64,000 bases of DNA, from contig OX597838.1 of the NCBI GenBank assembly GCA_951406725.2, positions 29,760,001-29,824,000 of the forward strand. The letters are read 5' to 3'. This document shows positions 51,441 to 64,000 of this stretch, in pieces. The translations under genes were made by a program, and so were the position numbers. The stretch comes from Octopus vulgaris (taxonomy: Eukaryota). The notes beneath the pieces were generated by a model. It was not told the DNA's origin. It did no database searches and saw only the letters and a program-made list of their open reading frames with translations. The number at the start of each line of letters is the position of its first letter. Position 1 is the stretch's first letter.

Positions 51441-51921
51441 CAAAAAAAAAAAAATGAAGAATTACATCTGACTGTAGTCTGAATGCTGAAGGGATAAAAA
51501 TGTCTATGTCTCAGAAATTTATAAACTACTCAACCAGCATCTCATATAAGTTCCTCTCTTTTATCTTCTGTCCTTCTTCACAATATATAAAGTGTAACTG
51601 GAGAAATTAACCAACTAAACAACATTTTTACCAGATGCTTTAAAATAGAGATTCTCAACTTTGGTCTTTCACAGATCTCCATCCACTACACTCATTCTCT
51701 GCTTCCGTCCACCAATTTACAAACCACAGCATTGCTGCTGTTTCCTCTTATGACCAATACCTGCCCAGTCGGACCTCATGTTTCAAGCACATCCTTACTC
51801 TCATTCCAAACCTCACACAACTCTTTCACTTATTCATATTTCAAACATTCCATTTCTAATATACACCACTCCAGAACTCCTTCCCATATTACCATTAAAT
51901 CCACAAACAGGATTTTTACCT

Positions 51922-52326
51922 CTTTACTCTCTTTTACTTGTTTCAGTCATTTGACTGCGGCCATGCTGAAGCACCGCCTTTAGTCGAGCAACTCGACCCC
52001 GGGACTTATTCTTTGTAAGCCCAGTACTTATTCTATCGGTCTCTTTTGCCGAACCACTAAGTGACAGGGACGTAAACACACCAGCATTGGTTGTCAAGCA
52101 ATGCTAGGGGACAAACACAGACACACAAACACACACATACATACATATATATATACATATATACGACGGGCTTCTTTCAGTTTCCGTCTACCAAATCCAC
52201 TCACAAGGCATTGGTTGGCCTGGGGCTATAGCAGAAGACACTTGCCCAAGATGCCACGCAGTGGGACTGAAACCCGGAACCATGCGGTTGGTTAGCAAGC
52301 TACTTACCACACAGCCACTCCTGTGC
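51922..52326 (-). mobile_element. SINE family A
   Basis: full-length reverse complement. Confidence 0.85.
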
Positions 52327-53409
52327 TTTTTTTTCTTTTTTAATGTCATGTCATACCATACCACAAAGTTGTGGATTGCAATGTTTTTGGTAACATGAGC
52401 TGATATCCTTCCTATCTCCAGTTCTTAATACCATTTAGAAATCAAAGTTTTGGCTTCCGTTGCATTACTCTTGCCATTCCTGTGAAAAGACATCCTGGTG
52501 TACAAGTTAGGTGTTGACCTTCATCCTGTTAACAATGTTGCATTGCTGGTTTTTTTTGTATATTAGCCACGATGTTCAAGGCTTGGAGCCTACACGATGG
52601 CAAAACATGCTTCAGCAAGGATTGGCATCTACACACGACGACAATTAACTGTGCTTATTCCAATCCAGAATCTCTACACTAGTTAGAAACAGAAGTACAT
52701 CCATCATACACCTACTTCAGAATAGAACAAAAAATTAAAAAAAAAAACCACATGGCAATTGCTAAAAAGCATTCGTGAAGTAAAATCATGTAGCAACACC
52801 AAATGGCGGTGCCCCAGCATGGCCACAGCTTGTGAGCTGAAACTAGATAAATAAAAAAATAAACACAACTTGACTGGTTCCATGTCTCCAAGACAGCTTC
52901 CTGTGCTCACCCATCTCTGATGCTGACCATCTTCTACAAGTGACTTCCTGACTTTCACCATTTTTGCCATATCCGCTTCCACTTGAATGATTAATTCCTT
53001 GCACTGCAAAATCTCACCTGCCTTCGTGAAATATTCTTTTGTGAGATACACATTTTTCTTCATTTTTTTCTTTCTTCTAATCCACCACAGACCTTACTAT
53101 GTGCTCTATACACCTTCTGTCTCCTACTCCATTTACAGGTAGTTTCTACCTTAGCAACTCACACTACATTTCTTTCCAACAACACTAGCCTGGGTCACAC
53201 ACACAGCGAATGTCCACAGGCCCCACATCATGGGGCACCGAGTTTTTGCTACTTTAAACCTTTCAGCATTTAAATTACTCTGTCAAATGCAATGCTTATT
53301 TTTCGTTATCTACATTGTCTTGAAAGAATCATGCATTATCTTGTAGTTTTGAGATTTCAATGATCTGATTGATTATCTTTAGAATGACATTGTAGGGTAT
53401 ATGTGAGAT

Positions 53410-53680
53410 ATAACGGGAAGGTTTATGAAAATAAACAAAAGACGAAGGCAGGTGGAGTACAAACAAACAATTGTATTAGTATGGCGCTCAGGAATAGAAA
53501 TAGAAAAAGTCTTTTACGTTTCGAGCCTATGCTCTTCGACAGAAAGATACACAGAAAAAAACAAGGAGAGAAACAAGGAGAGAAGAAAATGCATGTAGGA
53601 GCTAACGATCTATCATGGTGTCCTGACTTCGGACAGTGGTCAGACGCGAGAGGGACAGTAGGAGAGATAAACAGGGTCAA
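53410..53680 (-). mobile_element. Penelope-like fragment with hammerhead-like motif (53510-53547), inserted in a piggyBac-like MITE
   Basis: tcttt-CTGTCGA-a-gagc atag gctc-GAAA-cg-TA-aaaga; gtgagat repeated at 53403 and 53681. Confidence 0.65.
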
Positions 53681-53939
53681 GTGAGATGCCTGATATGGCC
53701 AGTTTGAACCTAAAACAGAATGTTTGGACTAGATATGGCCTGTTTAGTTAGATACTGAAGGGTTAAACTCCCACTCCGACCCAGCAATATTAAGGGCAGT
53801 TGAAGGTTTGCGGTAGCAGTACACTGCCCAATGTCTATCAGGCACAGCAGGGAACCAAGCCATTTTTATAGGGACCAGCTATTATGTTTCTTTAATCCTT
53901 GTCAGCACTATTTCATGCTCTTGAAATGACCATAACCAG

Positions 53940-54262
53940 CACTTCGTCGGTTACGGCAATGCGGGTTCCAGTTGATCCAATCAATGGAACAGCCTGCTTG
54001 TGAAATTAACATGCAAGTGGCTGAGTATTCCACAGACACATGTACCATTAATATTAGTTCTCAGGGAGATTCAGTTTCAGAGTGTGACAAGGCTGGTCCT
54101 TTTGACTTACAGATACAACTCATTTTTGCCAGCCAAGTTGGACTGGAGCAAAGTGAAAATAAAGCATCTTGCTCAAGGACACAGCATTCCACAGGGTATC
54201 ATGAACTCACAACCTTATGATTGTGAGCCACATACCCCTAACAACTAAGCCCCGTGTCTTCA
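53940..54262 (-). mobile_element. tRNA/CORE-like SINE (same type as 25441-25925)
   Basis: shared tail ggaacagcctgct.gtgaaattaac.tgcaagtggctgag. Confidence 0.75.
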
Positions 54263-54409
54263 CAACTGACCATAAAAACCTCAAAAAAACCCCCCAAAAA
54301 AAGTATACTGCAAGCACCATACCTTGAAGTTTTCTACCAAGCTAGTTGTTAATGTTGGTTCCTGACTCAATTTGGTCCCGATTTCAATGGCCCTCTTGGC
54401 ATCATTTAA

Positions 54410-54884
54410 CCCTTCCGATACCAACCCGACTGAGACCGCCTCTGGCTCTGAGTACAAGCATCTTGTTTTCATAAGTTTGGAATTAAAAATCTTCCACCAA
54501 ACCTTAGTCACAATTTATGTTCCTGACACTAGCTGAATGATAACAAAGTTATTTTACTAAATTCTTTGTTATATTTTAAAATAACTGAAAGAAACACAGA
54601 GCATCTCAAAGTAAATATGGTAACAAAAGGGTTAAAATATATAATAGAGAAACAATTCTTAACCCTTTCAATACCAATCCGGCTGAAACTGGCTCTGGCT
54701 CTGAGTACAAGCATCTTGTTTTCATATGTTTGGAATTAAAAATCTTCCACCAAACCTTAGTCACAATTTATGTTCCTAACACTAGCTGAATGATAACGAA
54801 GTTATTTTACTAAATTCTTTGTTATATTTAAAATTAATTGAAAGAAACACAGAGCATCTCAAAATAAATACAGTAACAAAAGGG
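54410..54884. mobile_element. two adjacent piggyBac-like MITEs, family 1 (54410-54631, 54663-54884)
   Basis: each is TTAA-ccctt...gtaacaaaaggg-TTAA; reverse complement of 29522-29742. Confidence 0.85.
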
Positions 54885-56185
54885 TTAAGGGTACTATAGA
54901 GATAAGGCTAAGTAAGGTTCCTGCTCCCTGCTCTTCTAACCTGACCCAATAACACCCACCTGCTTTCTTTTCCAACTGGGGTACTCATGTATCTACTCTA
55001 CAGCAGAACACCTCCATGTCCCTCTATATCTCTATTCCTTCATCAACTGGCATGAAGCCACAAACCCCGCTTGCTGCTACACCCCCTCCTCCAGTTGAAG
55101 GGGGGTTTTTTTTGTCTTGCAGGTTACTCAGTGACCCTGTTGGTGCAGGTGCCATGTAAAAAGCACCCAGTATACTCTGGAGAGTGATTGTCATTAGGAA
55201 GGGCACCCAGCAGTAGAAAACTTGCCAAAACAGACAAAAGAACTTGGTACGGCCCCACTGGCCTTATCAGCTCTTACCACACAGCCACTCCTGCGCCAGC
55301 ATGGAAAACGGACTTAACTGATGATGATGGTGCTGAGAGGTAACTGCATACAATTTGTAATGAGAAGAGATGGTTGAGCTGAGTGGGCCTGAGCAGAGGT
55401 GACCATGTACATCCAGTTTGAAGAGTACCATAGTAGTAGTGCAAGGTGCAGAAGGAGGAGACATCTGAAGGTGGGGAAGATGTAGGGGATATTTTTCCCC
55501 CTCAGTGAATAACTGGACATGGTGGATGATGTGATACTCATTGCAGTAGTGATCTATGAGGTGGTCATGGCTGGAATGCTTTTTATCACAATCAGAGACT
55601 AAACAACAAACAACAGTTATGAACCAATAGGAGATAGTAGTGCAACTGTTCAAAATGCTAGAAACAGCAGTCAAATTGTCATTAAACCACACAACACTAC
55701 AAAAACTGGAAGGACACATTTAAACTTGTGGTCAATGAAATAGAAACAGACAGGATGGCCATGACCGTAACGCCTAACCTGTCTCTTCAGGACCCAGCTG
55801 AAACTAAACCACAACTAAAGGAACCTCTACACAGTCAGTAGACCTGCTAGAAATAGCAGCTAAAGCCCAGTCAAAACATGTCTCTCACTGCTTTCAAAAT
55901 ACAAGCATACAATTAAGAACGTAATTCCTGATATACAAAAACATGGCTGATCACGGCCAGAATGCTTTCCTCCACAGATCTGCACAATCAAAGCTGACCT
56001 GCAACTAAACAGCAACTGTTTCCAACCAACAAAGATAGTTTACATCAGTAATATGATTCTTAACACCTGTCTTTTACCACCATTTACCTGTTTCACATTA
56101 AACTACATATATAAGTGCAACCTACTGTCAAACGCTATCTTTAAGGTACCATGTTAGCACTTGTGAGTATATTTTTTTCTTCGCC

Positions 56186-56566
56186 TTTTTACTTGTTTCA
56201 GCCATTTGACTGTGGCCATGCTGGAAGACCGTCTTTGGTCGAGCAAATCGACTCCAGGATTTATTCTTTGTAAGCCTAGTACTTATTCTATCGGTCTCTT
56301 TTGCCGAAACTGCTAAGTTACGGGGGACGTAAACACACCAACATCGGTTGTTAATCGATGTTGGGGGGACAAACACAGACACACAAACACGCATATATAT
56401 ATATATATATACATATATATACACACACATACGACGGGACTTCTTTCAGTTTCCGCCTACCAAATCCACTCACAAGGCTTTGGTCGGCCCGAGGTTATAG
56501 AAGACACTTGCACCAGGTGCCACACAGTGGAAGTGAACGCGGAACCATGTGGTTAGTAAGCAAGCT
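56186..56566 (-). mobile_element. SINE family A
   Basis: reverse complement of the consensus, head truncated. Confidence 0.8.
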
Positions 56567-57744
56567 AAAAGACGTGTGACCCAGTGTTTAGGGTGTTGTA
56601 CCCACGACCTTACGATCGTGGTTTCGATTTCCAGACCAATGGTGTGCTGCGTTCTTGAATAAAACACTTCATTTCACATTGCCCCAGTTCACTCAGCTGT
56701 AACTAGGAAACCTTGCTACTTGTGTGTGTGTGTGTGTGTGTTCAGCCAATGTGGTCATACTGGAGCAGCACCTTTGAAGGGTTCAGCCAATTACATTGAC
56801 ACCAGACATACATTAAGCCTCATACCTATTTTATTGATCGTTTTTGCTGGACCACTAAGTTACTGGGATGTAAACAAACCAACACTAGTTGTTAAGCAGG
56901 CATAGCTGTGTGGTTAAGAAGCTCACTTTGCACTTTGCAACCACATGGTTTCAGGTTCAGTTCCACTGTTGTGCCACTTTGGGTAAGTGCCTTCTACTAT
57001 AACCTCAAGCCTATGAATGGACATGAGCGAATTTGGTAATCAGAAACTGTGTGGAAGCCCTTATGTGTGTGTGTGTGTGTTGACATCATGCGATGGTTGT
57101 AAACAAGTGCCGTGTATATATTTACTTCTCGTCTTCCGTGAGAAACATGTCAGGGGCCACGGAGAAATATGACCTTGCTTGGTAAACAAGCGATGGCTAG
57201 CAAGAAGAGAAAGGGCATCCAGGCGTTGAACATCTACCTCGACGAATTCTATCTAAGCAATGGCAAGAATTGGGTCTCTCAGTGGCCACTGAAAACGGTA
57301 AGCGGTGTGTGCATTGGTGCGTGGGTGCACGTGTGAGTGCGTGTATACGCACGTGTGCATACATGTATGTTTTCAATTATCGCCCTTACTTACAAGCAAA
57401 AACCGAAAAGAACAGATTTTGTCGCATTTGGCAGAAACAAGCACCACAAATTGCGATGGACAGTGGTGGGGGGCGGGCGGAGCGGTGTAGAGAAGAGGAA
57501 ATTCAAATCCACCGCAATGTTTTAGTCTCTCACTTCCTCTCCCCCACACCACACCACCACTATCAGCCACAGTGACACCGGAAGAATTAAAGGCCAAAGT
57601 TGATCTCGGCGGAATTTGAACTCACAATCTAAAGATCTGAAATTAAATACCATCTGCCATTTATTTTATTCTTTCTACCAATTATTTTTGTAAAAAAAAG
57701 TTACCGCCCACCAACCAACGATAGGGGGAAGACAAACCAATCGC

Positions 57745-58672
57745 CCGATCTCCTAGAAATAGCAGCCAAATCTTAAAATCACACGCTGTTTTTTAAAAGA
57801 GCATTTCGGATAAGGTGGTGCAGAGATGTGGGCATATATAGGGGGAAAAAACCCCGATAGGATTGTCACGGCTATAGTGCTGTTGTTGACTGGTCATATT
57901 GCCTGTTCGATCAAGGCTGACCCAAGATGAAGCCACAAGAATCACCACCTGGGTTTAAAGACCACGGATTTTGTGGGGGAGGAAACGTGATTTAAATCCG
58001 ATATCAATACTTAATCGGAGTTTTTATCGCATCGACGGCCAGTCACCACAACCACCCTAGAAGGATGAAAAGCAAATCCGACCTGACCTCGGTGGGATTA
58101 CTGCAAACAGATAACATTAATCGATATAAAGTAGTTAAACAAAACAAAACAAAACAAAAAAAGACTAAATCTCTACGTGACCCATCGAGAAAGTCTCTAC
58201 GTGGTGGTTAATCTGGTAGAAACAACAGCTAAACCTCTTTCGTATCAGCAAGGAGAGGGCGTACACGTTGACTTATTAAAGTCCTAAAGTAAACAACCAT
58301 GTCTGATGATCTGAAAATAAGATGAGACAATTTAAGGATTAAAGTACATCTGACCGAAAGGATTTGCTCGATCAAGACTGACCAGCTGATCTACAACAAC
58401 AAAATTAAAATTTACACGAACGACCGACCACTTAGAGAGAGAGGCCTATGTGGCAGCGCGATGTGCTAAAAATAACAGCCAAACCTCTTGACTCGTAGTC
58501 ATATAGTCTTTAAGCAAAATTCAAAATTAAAAACAGTTAGTAGTCATTAAATAATGTAGTCCGGGGAAGATTATTCATGGCGGGTGCATAGAGAAAAGCT
58601 GTGATGGGCATCGCTAGAAAGCTTTCAGTTATTACACATAGGACTTAAGTGTTGTAAGTGGGACTAAACAGC

Positions 58673-58675
<3 letters not shown>
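57745..58675 (+). repeat. three or more decayed copies of old repeat family E
   Basis: ctagaaatagcagccaaa...gatcaaggctgacc...aaacaac motifs at ~57752, ~58215 and ~58465; also at 12590, 13690, 22515, 23905 and 55655-56010. Confidence 0.6.
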
Positions 58676-58710
<35 letters not shown>

Positions 58711-58714
<4 letters not shown>

Positions 58715-58873
58715 CTGAGTTCAAATTCCGCCGAGGTCGACTTTGCCTTTCATCCTTTCGGGGTCGATAAATTAAGTACCAGTTACGCACTGGGGGTCGA
58801 TGTAATCGACTTAATCCGTTCGTCTGTCCTTGTTTGTCCCCCTCTATATTTAGCCCCTTGTGGGTACTAAAGA
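58711..58873 (+). mobile_element. 5'-truncated family B SINE in (TA)n
   Basis: intact Meta-like core. Confidence 0.85.
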
Positions 58874-58982
58874 TATATATATGTATATATATAAATATAA
58901 GAGAGTGGTCACTATGTGGCTCTTGGTGTTAAATGGATGTACTATTAAATTAGTATCCAATTTTCTCACCCTTATTGGTTGT

Positions 58983-59039
<57 letters not shown>

Positions 59040-59145
59040 GGTAGCCAATAAGGAGGGAATGGGACAGAACCAGGATGCGCAGAGGAGTTGTTTACAAAAG
59101 GCCCTATAAGATGACATGGACAATTTGCATTATATGTATGTGTGT

Positions 59146-59197
<52 letters not shown>

Positions 59198-59243
59198 GTG
59201 TGTGTATGTACGCACAAAATTTGTTAAGTATAAAGTTGGAGAA

Positions 59244-59276
<33 letters not shown>

Positions 59277-59893
59277 AACGTTTGTTGTTGATGTTTTGCA
59301 AAGCTTGAAATCTCTACATTGACATGTTTATGCTTCTCCAATTCTTTCCCTAGTGAAAATACATTTTAAGGGGCAGGGAAAATGTTGCTTATACAAAAGA
59401 CGAGGTAGCATATTAAAAAAAAATTCAGAAGATGACGATGACGATTCCATTTAATTTTATATCTACCACTCTGCCTTGCTTTCTGCATTACAACTGTACT
59501 GTTAGTAAATTATTCCTTTCTGCTCTAGACACACAAAGCCTGAAATTTAGGGAGAAGGGGGCCGGCCGGCCAGTCGATTAGATCGACCCTAATATGCAAC
59601 TAGTACTTAATTTATCGCCCCCGGAAAGGATGAAAGGCAACGTCGACCTCGGCGGAATTTGAACTCAGAACATAAAGACAGAGACGAACTATTTTGTAAA
59701 TTATTGTAATAATAAAGATGTTCTATATACATTCGTATTGGTCACGTATGTATATTATACATCACCGGGAGGTGAGAGAGGGGGGGGAATAAACGCATTG
59801 AAGACCACAAATTCTATAGCATAGCTTCTTCCCCCCGATTCAAGTAAAGAGCTTCCACAACTCAAAAGAAAATATTATGTTAAAATTACAAGC

Positions 59894-59931
<38 letters not shown>

Positions 59932-59988
59932 TTGTTATATTTCGGAATGGTCATTTTGCCAGTTTAGCCAATAAAATATATATAAACG

Positions 59989-60019
<31 letters not shown>

Positions 60020-60099
60020 ATATACATATAAACAGACATATACATGTCTGTATATGTATATAAATAATACCAGCAAAACGTTATTTTTCTTTGTGTGTG

Positions 60100-60148
<49 letters not shown>

Positions 60149-60323
60149 ACATATACACAAAAACACACACATATATATATATATATATATTTATTGCCAG
60201 TTTAGCCAATAAAATATATTATAAATATATATATATATATATATGTGTATATACATGTTGATATACATATGTATGTATATGTATATAAATATACCAGCAA
60301 AACGTTATTTTTCTTTGTGTGTG

Positions 60324-60361
<38 letters not shown>

Positions 60362-60496
60362 CATACATACACACATACATATATTTATATTTCGGTTCTA
60401 TATTTTTGTTTTTATGTTTTCGTTTATCATTATGTTCAACGTCTTTTTATTGATGTCCTGTACTCATATATGCATGCATATATGTACATATCAACA

Positions 60497-60531
<35 letters not shown>

Positions 60532-61299
60532 GTATGTATATATATATTACATATAAACGCATTGAAGACATACATACATACATATATGTACATATCAACA
60601 TATATATGTGTATATATTTATATATAATATACAACATACATACATATATGTACATATCAACAATTATATATATATATATATATATATATAGTGAGAGAGA
60701 GAGAGAGAGATGAGAGAGATTACGTGTGACTTGGCACCAAACGCTACAAGACATCAGGAAGCTGGTTTAAGTTTTCTTTAAATGAAGAAAATATTCCCGA
60801 TTGGTCAGAGTCGATCAGGGGAAAATAAAGTTTAGAATAAATTAGATTAATAATAAATCATCGAAATATATACACTCTATAGATTATATATATATATATA
60901 TATATATAAAATTTATAAATATATACATGTACCGTTTAAATATAGACACAGTGTGTGTGCATATATATACACATACCCAAGTGTGTATATATATATATAT
61001 ATATATGTGTACGTGTAAATATATAGACATACACATGTATATGTCTAAATGTGCATATACACACATTCATATATATTCATCTTAATATAAATATATGCAT
61101 GTACATATTTATATATATATATATACACGTGTGCATATGTAAATATACATACACAAATGTTACAAATAACTACATTTATAAATATCTATACGTACGTACA
61201 TTGAAACATGTACACATACTTCAATACTAAACTAAATACATATATATATATACACGTACACACTACACATCTACATAGGCACATAAACACAGATACATA

Positions 61300-62228
61300 T
61301 GTTTATATATATATATACATATATATACACACACATATATATACACACATATATATACACACACACATATATATATACACACATATATATATACACACAC
61401 ATATATATACACACACATATATATACACACACATATATATACACACATATATATACACACATATATATATACACATATATATATATATAAACACATATAT
61501 ATATAACACATATATATATATAAACACATATATATATACACATATATATATATATAAACACATATATATATATAAACACATATATATATAAACACATATA
61601 TATATAAACACATATATATATAAACACATATATATAAACACATATATATAAACACATATATATATATAAACACATATATATATATACACATATATATATA
61701 TAAACACATATATATATAAACACATATATATATAAACACATATAAACACATATATATATAAACACATATATATAAACACATATATATATAAACACATATA
61801 TAAACACATATATATATAAACATATATATAAACACACATATATATAAACATATATATAAACATATATATAAACACACATATATATAAACACACATATATA
61901 TACATACATGCATATATACTAACATATATATATATATATACATACATGCATATATACTAACTTATATATATATATACATACATGCATATATACTAACATA
62001 TATATACATACATATATACACACATATATATATACATACATATATACACACATATATATATACATACATATATACACACATATATATATACATACATGCA
62101 TATATATACACACATATATACATACATGCATATATACATACATGCATATATACACACATATATATATATACACACATATATATATACATGCATATATATA
62201 CACACACATATATTATATATATACACAC
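61300..62228. repeat. compound (TA)n/CA microsatellite (TATATAAACACA and TACA sub-units)
   Basis: direct reading. Confidence 0.95.
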
Positions 62229-62829
62229 AAGATTTTAAAGCACAGTACGCATAGGATATCATGAACACAGATTTATAAATATAGTTATATGCACATGTAT
62301 AAATGTCATAATATAGTCCATATACAAATATAGAAACATCTATATATACACACACACAACAATGTATATATATATATGCAACCGTATATAAATAAATACA
62401 CACGTAGATTGGGTATATATTTATATTAGTATATATATATAAATACATAAATAAATATTAGTATGTATATTACACTATATGCACGAATACATATATATAT
62501 ATATACAGGAATATAAAACTATGTTTCTGAAAATAAGATAATGATGATGATGATGAGGAGTTGATGAAGAGAGAAGCAAAATGAAATGAGGAGATTTTAA
62601 GAGAGGAAAAACAAAGGTGATCTATTTATGAAAGAAAGAGGAAATAACCTTAATCGAAGCACGCCAAAACCATGGTTATTTTCGCCAAAGAAATCACCGT
62701 CGCACTTGCTGCTGCTGTAACACACCTCGCTTTTTCTTTTCATATGGTCTTACGTTCCCCTCTCTATCTATCCATCTGTCTATCACTTTCTCACTCGGTT
62801 CGTCTCAGTCTCTGTCTTTCTCCTTAACT

Positions 62830-64000
62830 CTCTATCACTTCTCCTCCTTCTCTGCTTCCTATCTATCAACGACTTCTCCCCGTTCTCTCTTTACTGTCTA
62901 TCTATCACTTCTACTCTTGCTTACATTACTATCTGTCTATGACTTCTCCTCCTTCTCTCTTTACTGTATCTATTACTTCTACTCTTCCTTTCTTTACTGT
63001 CTATCTATTACTCATACTCCTTCTCTCCTTATTATCTATCTATCACTTCTACTCTTGCTTACTGTCTATCTATAACTTCTACTCTTCCTTTCTTTACTGT
63101 CTATCTATTACTCATACTCCTTCTCTCTTTATTATCTATCTATCACTTCTACTCTTGCTTACTTTACTTTCTATCTATTACTCATACTCCTTCTCTCTTT
63201 ACTGTGTATCTATCACTTCTACTCTTCCTTACTTTACTGTCTATCTACGACTTCTCCTCCTTCTCTCTTTACTATATCTATTACTTCTACTCTTCCTTTC
63301 TTTACTGTCTATCTATTACTCATACTCCTTCTCTCTTTATTATCTATCTATCACTTCTACTCTTGCTTACTTTACTTTCTAACTATGACTTCTCCTCCTT
63401 CTCTCTTTATTATCTATCTATCACTTCTACTCTTGCTTACTTTACTTTCTATCTATGACTTCTCCTCCTTCTCTCTTTACTGTACCTATCATTTCTACTC
63501 TTCCTTTCTTTACTGTCTATCTATTACTCATACTCCTTCTCTCGTTATTATCTATCTATCACTTCTACTCTTGCTTACTTTACTTTCTATCTATGACTTC
63601 TCCTCCTTCTCTCTTTACTGTATCTATTACTTCTACTCTTCGTTTCTTTACTGTCTATCTATTACTCATACTCCTTCTCTTTTTACTGTCTATCTATCAC
63701 TTCTACTCTTCCTTACTTTACTTTCTATCTATGACTTCTCCTCCTTCTCTCTTTACTGTATCTATTACTTCTACTCTTCCTTTCTTTACTGTCTATCTAT
63801 TACTCATACTCCTTCTCCCTTTATTATCTATCTATTACTTCTACTCCTCTTTTACTATTCATCAGTTACATTCACTCCTTCCCTCTCTACTTGCTATCTA
63901 TTAATGCTACTCCTGTTTTCTTTACTATCTATCTATTACTAGTCCTCCTCTGTTTATTATCTATTCCTTCTACTCCTCCTTCTCTCTTTACTATCTATAC
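62830..64000. repeat. pyrimidine-rich modular satellite
   Basis: re-ordered modules atgacttctcctccttctctctttactg / ctatctatcacttctactctt / ctattactcatactccttctc. Confidence 0.9.

Noticed and set aside
51540-53250. Unique-looking stretch, possibly decayed LINE coding sequence or exons (ORF 52704-53063)
   Set aside because: No convincing motif or splice pair could be established by eye.
62939-63942. Leu/Ser/Tyr-rich membrane-like ORFs, also at 11884-12516
   Set aside because: CT-rich satellite, open in several frames.

Overview
AT-rich, extremely repeat-dense animal genomic DNA, not prokaryotic. The repertoire of tRNA-derived SINEs, RTE/CR1 LINE ends and (TA/TG/GA/GATA)n arrays resembles octopus (coleoid cephalopod) intronic or intergenic sequence; this is recognition from memory, not a database search. 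Almost all ORFs in the supplied track are microsatellite or SINE artefacts. Recognisable coding remnants are a DD37D (maT-type) Tc1/mariner transposase split by an RTE insertion, two mariner 3' fragments, RTE and CR1 LINE C-termini and a Penelope-like endonuclease C-terminus. There are also 2-3 candidate minus-strand host-gene exons (41590-41828, 40627-40741, possibly 24205-24330). The most notable unexplained layer is about 10 short foldback or pLTR-like elements carrying minimal type I hammerhead-ribozyme motifs. Several keep the fold but carry non-canonical cores (CCGANGA, CUGUNGA), and one (23287-23652) looks like a ~353-nt retrozyme-like monomer. Other oddities are a ~140-bp target-site duplication around a SINE, a 5x amplified LINE inversion junction, and nested MITEs. 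Coordinates of degenerate repeats are approximate.
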